Shown: one piece after another, positions 8,259-18,951 of the stretch
Position numbering within the stretch: the first letter of the stretch is position 1
Layout: every line of letters begins with the position of its first letter
Source of the DNA: a virus
Strand: one strand, 5' to 3'
IMG/VR virus record: IMGVR_UViG_3300030329_005371
Coordinates: 1-64,000 of that record
Length of the DNA: 64,000 nucleotides
Notes under the pieces: model-generated
The model's input: the letters and a program-made list of their open reading frames with translations, nothing else
The model's database searches: none
Told to the model about the DNA's origin: nothing
Translations under genes and position numbers: made by a program

Positions 8259-8561
8259 ATGCATTATGACTTGCAAGAAAGGCTAGAAAGTGTTACACTT
8301 AGTGTTGGCGATATAATCATTGATACGTTTTCTGGTTATACCGGCATGCTTGTAAAACGTGAACGCCGCATTGATATGATGGATGATGATATGTACTTTT
8401 GGCAAATTAAGTGGATGACCAACGTTGAGCGCAATGATTTAAAACCTAATCATGCGCGTATTCGTCTGAGTGATTGGCTTGAGGAAGAAGGCATTAAGCT
8501 TTCAATTGTGGTGGGAGCGATGGAATGGCACTCAATTAATGGAGGAACTTTTGAGTTATAA
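8259..8561 (+). CDS. SH3-like protein
   Basis: VGDIIID...TGMLVKR...WQIKW. Confidence 0.6.
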   Translation: MHYDLQERLESVTLSVGDIIIDTFSGYTGMLVKRERRIDMMDDDMYFWQIKWMTNVERNDLKPNHARIRLSDWLEEEGIKLSIVVGAMEWHSINGGTFEL

Positions 8562-9009
8562 TTGGAACGTATACAAACTATTTAGCAATGGCAATCGTGC
8601 GAAAGCACCGTTTGCTGTGGTGGAGGGAGAAGATTGTGAGAGTGAGAGCTTTATGTCTAAAGTGAAAAAAAATTTAGAAGAAAAATTTGGCGCTAAGGCT
8701 GCGCTTACAAAATACAAAATCATGCGCGCTGATCTGCCCCAAGAGGAGCGCGCGGATGTTGAAAAGGAAAAAAATTTGGTTTTGAGAAATCGTGTGCTTT
8801 CAACTAAAATAAAGGCGCTGGGACTTAACCTTCAAAATAAAAGAACGACGGGCGCCCTGGTTATGTCCAAAGATACAAATTGGAAATGGCAATGGTGTGT
8901 ATTGCGAATGTCTTCAAATCAATTTATTGCCGGGCTGTCGCCGAAATTTGATACAACGGAGAGTGCACAAGAGTGGATGAACAACGAAGTGAAAAATATA
9001 ACAAAGTAA
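8539..9009 (+). CDS. Hypothetical protein
   Basis: Tiles with neighbours; start uncertain. Confidence 0.6.
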   Translation: MEELLSYNWNVYKLFSNGNRAKAPFAVVEGEDCESESFMSKVKKNLEEKFGAKAALTKYKIMRADLPQEERADVEKEKNLVLRNRVLSTKIKALGLNLQNKRTTGALVMSKDTNWKWQWCVLRMSSNQFIAGLSPKFDTTESAQEWMNNEVKNITK

Positions 9010-9227
9010 TATGGGATATTTTTGAGGGTGATTTAGTCCAGGTTAAAAGATATACGTTAGATGGAGATATCTATTATGATTCTGGCATTGTTGTATCAGA
9101 TAAGGTAAATGATCAAATCTTATTATTTCCTTATGTTAATGTTTATGTCTTCAAATCGGGGATAGTAGAACGTCATCTTCCCAATACAGTTGAAATAATT
9201 TCTTCGAAAACAATTGTAGCCCCATAG
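8973..9227 (+). CDS. SH3-like protein
   Basis: EGDLVQV...SGIVV. Confidence 0.55.
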   Translation: MDEQRSEKYNKVIWDIFEGDLVQVKRYTLDGDIYYDSGIVVSDKVNDQILLFPYVNVYVFKSGIVERHLPNTVEIISSKTIVAP

Positions 9228-9424
9228 TTAAAAATGAGGGCGACATTTTGTTACATAAGTTTTTGGAATGGTCTGCGATCATAGGAATCCCAGTAAACAT
9301 TGGTTTGCTGGGATTTGGTGTATGGCATGATAGCACCTACTTTCAAGTTCTGTCTTTAGTGAATATTTTGCTCCTTGGGGTGATTTTTATACATAAGAAA
9401 GATAATTAAAAAAGGAGTAAGATT

Positions 9425-10150
9425 ATGAGAAAGTTATTTGCTTTATTGATGGGATTGATGGTTTCGACTACGGCATTGGCGAATCCTCCCGGAGACTTCC
9501 AAACAGTATCTATTGAGGAAGGCTTAAATAAAAACGAGAAAAAGGTAAGAGAAGCCGCTGTCAAGATTACTGACGGATATGGTCATGGTTCCGGCAGCAT
9601 TATAAAATACTATGATATGCAATTGGTCTTAACCGCGCAACACGTAGCAAGTGGGCGCATAGGAAGCGAGTATCTTGTTATCAACGGCAATACCTTAGAC
9701 AAAGCCATATTGGTATACGCAGATCCGTTAAATGACATTGCTGTATTGTGGATGCGGCCCGGCAATCAATTAGAAGGAAGAGGTCTTAAATATAGCCCAA
9801 GAGAAGAGCTAGCTCCCATCGGCGCGGCAATTACTTACTCTGGGCACCCATCGTGGCACAGTTTAATGACATATCGTGGCTACGTAGCGGGCGTGGAGAC
9901 TCTTCCTGGCGCAGGGCCACAGCTTATGCTTAATACTTATGGATGGTTCGGCTGCAGTGGTTCTGTTATTTATGATACAAGTGGGAATATTGTTGGTATA
10001 CTATGGGGAGTCGATATAGAAACACGACCAGACCTTCAAGTTCAGGAAAATATGATTTGGGTCTCCCCAATTCAAAACTTAAACATGAAGCTTGCTATCA
10101 AAGAATTATGTATTGCTCTCGAAGATGAGCCTAAAGCATGTAGAAAATGA
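9425..10150 (+). CDS. Secreted trypsin-like serine protease
   Basis: Signal peptide; LTAQHV (His), DIAVL (Asp), GCSGS (Ser), G.IVGI. Confidence 0.85.
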   Translation: MRKLFALLMGLMVSTTALANPPGDFQTVSIEEGLNKNEKKVREAAVKITDGYGHGSGSIIKYYDMQLVLTAQHVASGRIGSEYLVINGNTLDKAILVYADPLNDIAVLWMRPGNQLEGRGLKYSPREELAPIGAAITYSGHPSWHSLMTYRGYVAGVETLPGAGPQLMLNTYGWFGCSGSVIYDTSGNIVGILWGVDIETRPDLQVQENMIWVSPIQNLNMKLAIKELCIALEDEPKACRK

Positions 10151-10596
10151 CCAAATGGGGCAAATTTCTCACCGAAGGTGAGTTAAAAACAGTAGGAGTT
10201 GTTGTTTGTCTTAACGATAAGCAACAATTTCTTGTTATTAGGCGTTCTGATATTGATGACCGAGAGGGTCAATGGACTATACCCGGAGGCCATATTGATG
10301 AAAAAGATAGTTCTATTGAAGCAGGGGCTGTTAGGGAACTCAAAGAAGAGACAAATTTAGTCTGTAAAACGTCTGATTTAACATATTTAGGCGAACCTAA
10401 GAAAGAAAAGTTCTATTTTTTGACTCAAAAATGGTCGGGGGACGTAAAAGTGGACAAGCCCAATCCAGAAACTGGAGAAATTGAGCACGATGACTGGAAA
10501 TGGCTTACAATTGAAGAGATAAAAGAGATAGAGAATAGTGAAATTCCGATCTATTTATTGGAGAAAGCGCTTGAGATCTCCAAAAATGATGACTGA
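10147..10596 (+). CDS. Nudix hydrolase with degenerate WxKFLxE leader
   Basis: WTIPGG...A.RELKEET Nudix box; N-terminus MTKWGKFLTE. Confidence 0.9.
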   Translation: MTKWGKFLTEGELKTVGVVVCLNDKQQFLVIRRSDIDDREGQWTIPGGHIDEKDSSIEAGAVRELKEETNLVCKTSDLTYLGEPKKEKFYFLTQKWSGDVKVDKPNPETGEIEHDDWKWLTIEEIKEIENSEIPIYLLEKALEISKNDD

Positions 10597-13255
10597 CGAA
10601 GAAATTTTACAAAAAGCAACACTTTTACTTGAAAAAATGAGCAAAAAATCGCCAAAAAAACGCGGTTTTGGCCAAGGAACGCCTCCGAAAGGCGAATTTT
10701 ATAAAAAACAAGACATTTATCTTGAAGAAGATATCCTTCGTGAAATTTCGGACACCGAATTTAGAGGTGTTGAAGCAATTTTACAAAAAATTGCCGATAA
10801 CCCAGAGGGAGTTTTGGCTTTTGACAAACTTTTTGGCGATAAAACGCGCATTGTCATACCATTTCCCGTAAAAGATAACTCCTCGGACCTGGGCCAATGG
10901 GTTTATGAACTTGAGCAAAACTTAGAAGTTCAACCTGACTACGAAAAAGGCATGCTTTCAATAGATAGAGAGTGGGAAGACCACGATCGACCAATCGATG
11001 ACGATATGGACCGCTTGTGGGGCTCTGGAAAGCGGCCAAAAAAGATAAAAAAGAAGCTTCAAATGAAAATTGGTAGATATTTTACCAAATTAGACGAATT
11101 AGTAAAAGAATATCACGCCTTAAGAACAAAAATTGTTGAACGATCCGATGATTATATAATAGATGATATTGTAGATGTACCAGGGATGAGAATTACCACC
11201 GGAGAAGAAGAAGAACACTTAGATAAACAAGAATTAAAGAAACTTAACAAACTTCGCAATAGTTTAGAGTTGTATATGGGAGGGGCTTCCTCTGGAGGGG
11301 TGGCAAAATACATTTTAACCCCTCAACAGAAGGCGGAATGGGCAGATAATGAACAAATACGTCGAGATAGACAAGATAAAGAAGACGCGCGCCGCGGAAG
11401 ACCGGTGCGCAAAAGAAAACCAATAGTTACTCCTGATACTGGCTTTAAGATAATGGGTAATTATTGGGTAGATAACGCAAAATATGTCAAAGAAAACATA
11501 AATGATCTGGAAAATGACAAATATTCTATTATTTTAACGCGCCACCCCGTTGATGTTATGAGAATGTCAGATTTTGACAAAATAACATCTTGTCATACAC
11601 CTCCAAGTCGTACTGGAGGAGAACAAAGCTACTATAAATGCGCAGTTGCTGAAGCTCAGGGCCATGGAGCGATCGCTTATGTGGTAGAAACTGAAGAATT
11701 GCTCTCGCAAACAAACACAGGCAACATCGAAAGTGCTGAACAAGAACTTGAAGAGTACGATGAGATTTTTTCAGAGCAAAATCGCTATCTTCACGGTACT
11801 AACTTAGATTTAGACCCAGTTGCTCGAACAAGATTAAGACAACTTCGTTATTTTCGTGATTTTGACGGAAAAGAGGAGCCATATGGCAAAGAACTCGCAG
11901 TTCCCGAAAAGTTTACCTATGGTTTAGACATTCCTGGTCTTGTGAGCACAGTAACAAGATGGGCGAGAGAAAAACAAGAGAATTTGTTCGACAAACTACC
12001 AAGAAAGGATGGGAAAATTAATTTAGATAATTTCGAAATCTATGGAGGCTCTTATGAGGACACTTCTGGTGTTACTGGTCGAAAAGAGTTGATGATGAAT
12101 TTGACAAAGTTTATGAGCAGTGATTTTATAGGAGCAGTTAAACAAAACCTTGAAACCGAAAATGATATGCCTCCTGAATGGGTCGGAGACATTGGTGCGC
12201 TTCTTAAGCGTGAGTGCTCAGTGGTTACAGAAGAGTGGAATCCTAAATACGCTAATTGTAAAGTAGATTTTTATGTCAAAAATAACGGTAACAATGATTG
12301 GTATATTTATCCAGAAGGCAAGTTGATGCTTACATGGGATGTGTCAGAATGGAAGCAACTTCCTAATGTAATAGCTGGTCAAGACATTGCCGATTATTTA
12401 AACCAATCTTATTTTGACCCAGAAAATGCTTCGGGTGATCTGTTCGATGACGACAAAGGAGCAATTTATCGCGGTGGAACAGAAGAGCATCCAGAAATTG
12501 TTTGGCGTTGTGAATTTAACAACAAATTAGTGCCCGGGATGGGCGGCGAAGAGATAGTTTATGATGCAGACGGATTTAAGCATTTTTGTAAAGGCGTCGA
12601 TCAGTTGGACGACAAACGAGACACATTCCAGGCGATTGTAGAACAATTTGCCAAATCGCAAGGCTGGCTCGAAGGTCACGCTTATATGAGCTTAGCGCAG
12701 AAAATCGAGAATAACGAGATTGGCGCCTATGAATGGGATGTAGAATACGACAAAGAGCATTATACTGAGTCATACGAAGCATGGGCTACAATATCTTATG
12801 ATTTTGATCCCGAAGAATTGGGAATTGAGCCAAGGATTTTGTTTGATCTCGTAGATCGTAGAGAGTTTGCGCTTCGTCTTAGGGGATACTTAACTGCGCA
12901 GGCTAGAGAAGACACAGGCGGCGAATATTGGCTCTCTATACGCGATAAGAGCGCAGTAGAAGTTGGAGGCGAAGTTCGCTATAGTATAACTTTTAAAGTA
13001 GACGCAGACACCCCTGATGACCTTGTGGCGCAGTTTTATGAACTGGTTACGGGAGAGATGGATGATGAAGACGAAATTGCGAAGGCATTTATGGGCGCTT
13101 TACGAGAAGAAGCAGCAAAAAATGGCGTTAAACTTAGCAGGTCGAGTCCGGGGTCCGAAAAAGCTCGCGACTTTGATGCGCTTCAAGATCTAGGCGAGAA
13201 CAAACAATACAATGCTGACTATTTAGTTAAAACGTGGAAGAGGTTTATTCTATGA
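10586..13255 (+). CDS. Large hypothetical protein (~890 aa), possible virion protein
   Basis: Long ORF; C-terminal LVKTWKRFIL resembles the shared leader. Confidence 0.8.
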   Translation: MMTDEEILQKATLLLEKMSKKSPKKRGFGQGTPPKGEFYKKQDIYLEEDILREISDTEFRGVEAILQKIADNPEGVLAFDKLFGDKTRIVIPFPVKDNSSDLGQWVYELEQNLEVQPDYEKGMLSIDREWEDHDRPIDDDMDRLWGSGKRPKKIKKKLQMKIGRYFTKLDELVKEYHALRTKIVERSDDYIIDDIVDVPGMRITTGEEEEHLDKQELKKLNKLRNSLELYMGGASSGGVAKYILTPQQKAEWADNEQIRRDRQDKEDARRGRPVRKRKPIVTPDTGFKIMGNYWVDNAKYVKENINDLENDKYSIILTRHPVDVMRMSDFDKITSCHTPPSRTGGEQSYYKCAVAEAQGHGAIAYVVETEELLSQTNTGNIESAEQELEEYDEIFSEQNRYLHGTNLDLDPVARTRLRQLRYFRDFDGKEEPYGKELAVPEKFTYGLDIPGLVSTVTRWAREKQENLFDKLPRKDGKINLDNFEIYGGSYEDTSGVTGRKELMMNLTKFMSSDFIGAVKQNLETENDMPPEWVGDIGALLKRECSVVTEEWNPKYANCKVDFYVKNNGNNDWYIYPEGKLMLTWDVSEWKQLPNVIAGQDIADYLNQSYFDPENASGDLFDDDKGAIYRGGTEEHPEIVWRCEFNNKLVPGMGGEEIVYDADGFKHFCKGVDQLDDKRDTFQAIVEQFAKSQGWLEGHAYMSLAQKIENNEIGAYEWDVEYDKEHYTESYEAWATISYDFDPEELGIEPRILFDLVDRREFALRLRGYLTAQAREDTGGEYWLSIRDKSAVEVGGEVRYSITFKVDADTPDDLVAQFYELVTGEMDDEDEIAKAFMGALREEAAKNGVKLSRSSPGSEKARDFDALQDLGENKQYNADYLVKTWKRFIL

Positions 13256-14001
13256 GTGATAAGATGTTAATGGAAAATTGGCGGAAGTATTTGCTGGAAA
13301 GTCCGAGATACGGGGAGGCTTCTGTAGTCGACATTTCACCAGAGGCGCGCCGTCAGGCTTTTCAGCGACAGCAAGCGGGCGCAGATGTTCAGTCTTTTAG
13401 CGATGCTTTGGCATCAATTTATGGTGATGAAGAACCATCAGATCCGTGGTCTGATCGTGAGGATTATGAAGCAGGCGACACAGAACTCGCAGAGCGGACG
13501 ACCGGCCCAACTGTTGCAGAATTTCTACAATTTTTACGAAATACAACTCAGCGAGAGAAAGCAAAAGGAATATCGTCTGACTTATTGGATTTTGCGACAG
13601 GTGTTATAACTGGTGGTTATGAAAAGTTTATTCAGGCTGCTGCTAAAGCTGCGCATGATGATAAATCTATTTTAAAAGGTGATTATAAAGATAATCCTTA
13701 TTTAGCCTATATTGATTTTGATCCAAAGTATGAACAGATACTAAGGCCACAAATTTTTGATAATTTTCTAGAAGATCTTCCAAACGCTTTGGGTGCACTT
13801 TCAAAAAATTCGGTAATGCCCGATCTTGACGAACTATTACGAAGATATGTTCTTGCTAACTATGATATATCCCTTCCGAAAGTAGCTCGTGCATCAGAAG
13901 ACTGGAGCTTAGTAGGATGGGAATATCGCCGTGGAAAATTTAATGAATCCAAATTCCACGACAACTGGCGCAACTTTCTGCTCACCGAGGAAAAGTTATG
14001 A
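13252..14001 (+). CDS. ENWRK-leader protein, unknown cargo (motif at both termini)
   Basis: MSDKMLMENWRKYLLE ... FHDNWRNFLLTEEKL. Confidence 0.8.
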   Translation: MSDKMLMENWRKYLLESPRYGEASVVDISPEARRQAFQRQQAGADVQSFSDALASIYGDEEPSDPWSDREDYEAGDTELAERTTGPTVAEFLQFLRNTTQREKAKGISSDLLDFATGVITGGYEKFIQAAAKAAHDDKSILKGDYKDNPYLAYIDFDPKYEQILRPQIFDNFLEDLPNALGALSKNSVMPDLDELLRRYVLANYDISLPKVARASEDWSLVGWEYRRGKFNESKFHDNWRNFLLTEEKL

Positions 14002-14744
14002 AGCTCCTAATAGAGGGCTGGCGCAAATTCTTAAAAGAAGAAAAGCTTATTAAGGAAGACATGGGCGATTACTACGACACGCTTTCTGAAGATGACCTTT
14101 ACGATCTTGACATTGAAGAATTGTTGGACCTGAGAGATTTTATCGAAGACTTTGGTGGGCCCGGGCCACAGAGCGACCCAAAGGATTTATACCCTACTAT
14201 TATGGCTCGCATTGAAGCGATTGAGGACGAAGAAGATCATGCGCCTCCACCAGACCGCAAAATCGAAGGTCTTTATGACGGTGAGTTTGCTATGAGGCTG
14301 CTGAAGGCATTTTTCTCCAGTGCCAACTCGGGCATTGAACTCGCATCGATGATACCCGGAGCAGAAAGTCTGTCAGAAGAGTTTAGTCGTATCCGAGGTC
14401 ATGTCGTAAGATTGGTTGAATATGCAGAAGACGGTAATGACTATCCATGGTTGACTATTGATGAAACTGAGGAGCACCCAGATGTGTTGACCAACGATGT
14501 ACGAATGCTGCTTATACAGATGATAGGCACTGCGTTTGAGGGAGAGATGGACGAGGAACAAAAAGAAGTTATATCCGGGTATCACAATTGGATTGATTCT
14601 ATGCACAATCTTAAGGACTATGCTTCTTATGACCTACACGGGAAAAAAAAGGCTGGGTATCCTCCGTCGCGCGCGGCTTCTGGAATGTATAAGAGATACG
14701 AATATGCTTACGAATTTCTTAAAGATTGGGTAGGTGGCGAATGA
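13998..14744 (+). CDS. ENWRK-leader protein, acidic unknown cargo
   Basis: MKLLIEGWRKFLKEE; ATGA-coupled. Confidence 0.8.
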   Translation: MKLLIEGWRKFLKEEKLIKEDMGDYYDTLSEDDLYDLDIEELLDLRDFIEDFGGPGPQSDPKDLYPTIMARIEAIEDEEDHAPPPDRKIEGLYDGEFAMRLLKAFFSSANSGIELASMIPGAESLSEEFSRIRGHVVRLVEYAEDGNDYPWLTIDETEEHPDVLTNDVRMLLIQMIGTAFEGEMDEEQKEVISGYHNWIDSMHNLKDYASYDLHGKKKAGYPPSRAASGMYKRYEYAYEFLKDWVGGE

Positions 14745-15379
14745 AACTCTTAATGGAAAATTGGCGGAAGTTCATCTCAGAGGGCATGAAAACTGTCGAT
14801 GATCTTGTGAGCTTTGTGGATGAAGAATATCCAGAATATCAAACCGACTTATATGTTCGCATCCGCAAGGAGGATGACGGCCCCGGTATTGACTTTACTT
14901 ATGCTTTTATTGATGAAAGCGGAGAAGTTCTTGATCTCGGCTGGAATGATGCTTTTGATGGTAAAGTTACAATCGTGCCGGCGTGGGAGCTTCCTGACGA
15001 TGGTCCTTGCGCAGGAGCATATCAAGTCAAATGGGCCTCTGCGAAACGTGGGTGGGGACCATTGCTTTATGATGTGGCAATGGAATATGCTACAATGCAC
15101 GGAAATGGTCTTATTGCGGATCGTGAAGAAGTTTCAGATCAAGCGCGACCGATCTGGGATTATTATTTAAGCAATCGCGGAGATGTTAAAAGTCACCAGC
15201 TTGATGACAAACACAATACACTAACGCCAGATGTAGAAAAGGACAATTGTGATCAGTATATTGCTAGTCTTGGAGGCAAATACAACTGGCAAGAAAACGC
15301 TCTAAGTAAAAGATACACAAAAGAGCCTACAACTATGGCCGAACTAGAAAAATTAGGGAGGCTTATGAACGAGACATGA
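14741..15379 (+). CDS. ENWRK-leader protein, GNAT-like acetyltransferase
   Basis: MKLLMENWRKFISE; KRGWGPLLYD resembles GNAT motif A, VSDQARPIW resembles motif B. Confidence 0.5.
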   Translation: MKLLMENWRKFISEGMKTVDDLVSFVDEEYPEYQTDLYVRIRKEDDGPGIDFTYAFIDESGEVLDLGWNDAFDGKVTIVPAWELPDDGPCAGAYQVKWASAKRGWGPLLYDVAMEYATMHGNGLIADREEVSDQARPIWDYYLSNRGDVKSHQLDDKHNTLTPDVEKDNCDQYIASLGGKYNWQENALSKRYTKEPTTMAELEKLGRLMNET

Positions 15380-16392
15380 AACTCTTAATGGAAAATTGGC
15401 GGAAGTATTTGACGGAAGATATTACTGTCGATCTAGAAGGCCCTACCGGCGCCATGCCGCCGCATCTGCTTCGCAAGCAAAAACGACAAAAAGACGCGCA
15501 AGATCTATTAAAATCTATGGGATTTTCTGTTCACAGAGAACTTGGTAGAGGCGCCTTTGGTGTAGTATATGAAGTTGAGAATAGCACAACAGGCGAGCGC
15601 TCGGCGGCTAAAGTTGTGTCAGATGAAAGTACGCGCGAGATAGAAAACTACAAGTTTGCTATGGAAGAAAAAGCTTTTATGCCAGAAAAATACGCTAAGT
15701 ATCTTCCCAATGTTAAACAGCTTATAACTGGTGGCGGAAGCACTATAATTTTAATGGAATTGCTTGAACCACTTGATCCGCAAACAGCGCAAGAGCTTTT
15801 CGCAGCACAAGATGCCCCCACTGTATCGAAAAAAACAGAAAGAATCTTAAAAAATCCCGAAGCAGTAGCCGAGATAGTCGAGAAAGCCATAGAACACAAT
15901 ACAATTTTAGATCAAATAAGATTAACTCCAGAACAATATTCAGAAATTACGAGTGTTGCCGTAAACGCGGCGACTCAATCACCACATTCAGATGCTGACG
16001 AGCTAATAAATACGATCTATGGTGCCGTAGTAGGAACGTCTACTTTTCAAAGCGTTGTGGGGAAGGCATTCGTCCCTGCGACCTCTATAGCTTTTGAGAA
16101 GGCGTTAAAAGATACTATTCTATATTATTTTGATAAACAAATTGTTCCCGTTCACCAGCCAAAGCCCGGTGACGAAGAGTCTGATCGCGGATACTGGACT
16201 GGACCCTCTCTTGAAAAAGTAGAAGGCATGTTTCCAGAAGCAGAAGGCTTAATGAGTGCGATGAAATATTTTATGCAAGATAAAGGGTGGCGGCCGAAAG
16301 ATGTACATATAAAGAATGTTATGCGTAGACCAGATACTAAAGATTTCGTTATTGTAGATCTCGGACTATTTAAAAGAGGTATATACCAATAA
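15376..16392 (+). CDS. ENWRK-leader protein kinase-like enzyme with internal insertion
   Basis: LGRGAFGVVY, AAKVV, RE, ILMELL, DVHIKNVM, IVDLGL. Confidence 0.85.
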   Translation: MKLLMENWRKYLTEDITVDLEGPTGAMPPHLLRKQKRQKDAQDLLKSMGFSVHRELGRGAFGVVYEVENSTTGERSAAKVVSDESTREIENYKFAMEEKAFMPEKYAKYLPNVKQLITGGGSTIILMELLEPLDPQTAQELFAAQDAPTVSKKTERILKNPEAVAEIVEKAIEHNTILDQIRLTPEQYSEITSVAVNAATQSPHSDADELINTIYGAVVGTSTFQSVVGKAFVPATSIAFEKALKDTILYYFDKQIVPVHQPKPGDEESDRGYWTGPSLEKVEGMFPEAEGLMSAMKYFMQDKGWRPKDVHIKNVMRRPDTKDFVIVDLGLFKRGIYQ

Positions 16393-16409
16393 TAATGGGA
16401 GACAAATAA

Positions 16410-18530
16410 ATGGCATATAATACCTCCGAGGGCCCTAGAGAAATTGGCGACCTTAAGAATGAAGAGGATACCGATACTCAAATCGACTGGTCTCAAGACA
16501 AAATCTCTTTTTTAACAAATAACATTGTTCGTTTTGTTATTGATAATAGTGGAATCTCAATCCCTACTGGAATGGTATTTTCAGGGCCAGCAGCCAACCT
16601 AGTTACAAGTGGCTATCTTAAAGTTTCCGGCAGCTCTACATTAGGTACAGATGGGGCTGATATTATTAATGTGGTGGGAGAATTAACCGCATCTAAGGGC
16701 GGCTATTTTGGTGGGAATATTAAGGCCGTGACCGGAGGAAGCACACTTGTGCTTGATGTGGATACATCATATAAGGCTAATCCTGGATTGTGGGCTGATG
16801 GCACTCATCTTGTCTTGGGAAGCGTGGCTAACAACGATCTGTTAATTTATCTTAATAATACAGAAACACTACAAATCACTAAAGGCACAAACGTTGTATC
16901 TTATACATCTCATGGTGGCACCGGTGATCACAAATTTGTCGGCAATGTTGGTATTGGTGTATCCGATCCGGATGAAAAACTAGAAGTTAGTGGCGCCATT
17001 CATATTTCAGCAGAATTAGGAGGAAGCGATATTCCAAGCACCCCAGCTGCTAATGATGGCGGCGTGCTTTACGGTAAAGAAGATGGAAAGCTTTACTATA
17101 AATCCGATACAGTTTCCGAAACTGATTTAACGGCTGCTGGTAGTGGTATTTCCTTTAACGGCTCAACAGCCAATGGTATTGTCACATATGGTGGTGCTAC
17201 TACAGCAGATGTAGAATCTAATTTAACTTTTAATGGTTCTCTTTTATCTGTGACCGGTGATATTTTTCTAGCGAACGATAACGATGTTATCGGACGAGAT
17301 GATGGCTCTACTCGATATGGAAACTTTCAGTTTAATAGTACCGAGACAAGATTTCGATGGGGAGGTACCGACCGTGTAACATTCCTTGCTGGCGGAAACG
17401 TTGGAATTGGTGTCACCGATCCTGACACATCATTAGAAATTAGTGGAGCTATTCATATTTCGGCAGAGCTAGGAGGAGGTGATGTGCCAAGCACTCCAGC
17501 TGCTAATGATGGTGGTGTGTTATATGGTAAAGAAGATGGTAAAATCTATTGGAAATCTAATACAGTTGCTGAAACCGATTTAACAGCCGGCGGGAGTGGT
17601 GGCACACCAGCTGGTTCTGACACACAAGTTCAGTTCAACGATGGCGGCTCATTTGGAGCTAGCTCTAACTTAACTTGGGATGATACAACATTAACGGCGA
17701 CCGGATTAGATTGTACCGGAAACACTACTCTTGGTGATGCGTCTGGTGATAGCGTTACTATTAACGCAGCAACAATTAATATAGCAAATGTGGCGGCCGG
17801 CACCGATAATACTGTTTTAGTCTACAATGGCAGCACAATTGTTCATGATGAAATTGATTCTCGTGTTTGGGGTTCTACATTAGTAGATGCGACGGGAACA
17901 CCAGCAGATGATCAGATAGCAGTTTGGACAGATGCGAATACAGCAGAAGGTACTTCCAATCTAACCTTCGGTGGTTCAATATTAAAAGTTGTAGGAAACC
18001 TTTCAGCTTCAGGCAATGCGAATTTCGTGGGTCACATTACGGGCTCGGGCGATTTACGAGTTAGCGGAAGTATTCGCGGTAAACAAATACATGTAACCGA
18101 GCATGCTTTTCAAATTCCGGGTACAGCAGAATACATTATTCCATTTTACAATGCTACCCAAACTACAACATCGAACGCAGATATGAAAAATCAATGGGTA
18201 GTTCCTTTTAATGGCGCCTTGAAAAGAGCCTATTTTAGAGGACATACCGGTATCACCGGTGATGTCAAATTAAGACTTCTTACCGCATCTATAGCTCCAG
18301 GAGGTGCTGGGAACGTTGGAGTTGGTGAGTTAGATAACCCAGGCGTGAGATGCGCCGAAAACCAGACAAAAGGCATTCCTGCTCAAAATTATAATACAGT
18401 AGTTTATCCCTTTACGGGCTCTCAACACTTTCAAGCTGGAGAGATTGTAGGTATGACCGTTCAAGCTGCCAGCAGTATTGGAGATACTAACTTAACTCTA
18501 GTGTGGGAGCTAGATGTATTTGGCATTTAG
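16410..18530 (+). CDS. Tail fibre / virion fibre protein with internal duplication
   Basis: Gly/Thr/Ser-rich; GNVGIG..P...LE.SG repeats; GSDTQVQFNDGGSFG; SNLTF repeats. Confidence 0.8.
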   Translation: MAYNTSEGPREIGDLKNEEDTDTQIDWSQDKISFLTNNIVRFVIDNSGISIPTGMVFSGPAANLVTSGYLKVSGSSTLGTDGADIINVVGELTASKGGYFGGNIKAVTGGSTLVLDVDTSYKANPGLWADGTHLVLGSVANNDLLIYLNNTETLQITKGTNVVSYTSHGGTGDHKFVGNVGIGVSDPDEKLEVSGAIHISAELGGSDIPSTPAANDGGVLYGKEDGKLYYKSDTVSETDLTAAGSGISFNGSTANGIVTYGGATTADVESNLTFNGSLLSVTGDIFLANDNDVIGRDDGSTRYGNFQFNSTETRFRWGGTDRVTFLAGGNVGIGVTDPDTSLEISGAIHISAELGGGDVPSTPAANDGGVLYGKEDGKIYWKSNTVAETDLTAGGSGGTPAGSDTQVQFNDGGSFGASSNLTWDDTTLTATGLDCTGNTTLGDASGDSVTINAATINIANVAAGTDNTVLVYNGSTIVHDEIDSRVWGSTLVDATGTPADDQIAVWTDANTAEGTSNLTFGGSILKVVGNLSASGNANFVGHITGSGDLRVSGSIRGKQIHVTEHAFQIPGTAEYIIPFYNATQTTTSNADMKNQWVVPFNGALKRAYFRGHTGITGDVKLRLLTASIAPGGAGNVGVGELDNPGVRCAENQTKGIPAQNYNTVVYPFTGSQHFQAGEIVGMTVQAASSIGDTNLTLVWELDVFGI

Positions 18531-18537
18531 TAATTAA

Positions 18538-18951
18538 ATGGAACTTATCTCGACCCATTTTTGTAAAGCCGCTAATGTTGGCTATCATGGAAATTTATTT
18601 GGCGGGACGATGTTATCGTGGCTAGATGAGGCGGGAGCTATCTTTGCTTGCCAAGCTTGCGATACTCCACGAATGGTAACTAAAAAAATATCAGAAGTAG
18701 TTTTTAATAAACCTGTAAGGCCCGGGCAGATTATTAAGATTTATGGTGAAGTTAAATCTGTGGGGAATCGTTCTATAATAGTTCGTCTAGAGGCTCGCAG
18801 GCATAGTGTCTATAATGGCTCTCAGCGAACTGTACTTACAACAGACATGACGTTTGTTCGTATTGATGGAGATGGAGAAGCAATTCCCATTAGCGATAAA
18901 GTAAAAACAAAATATAACCTTGCGGGAGAACACAATGAAACTACTACTTGA
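18538..18951 (+). CDS. HotDog-fold acyl-CoA thioesterase
   Basis: HGNLFGGTMLSWLDEA, F.KPV.PG, FVRID. Confidence 0.9.
   Translation: MELISTHFCKAANVGYHGNLFGGTMLSWLDEAGAIFACQACDTPRMVTKKISEVVFNKPVRPGQIIKIYGEVKSVGNRSIIVRLEARRHSVYNGSQRTVLTTDMTFVRIDGDGEAIPISDKVKTKYNLAGEHNETTT

Noticed and set aside
15760-16290. Kinase insertion as an intein
   Set aside because: No C/S start, HN-C/S/T end or LAGLIDADG motifs are visible.
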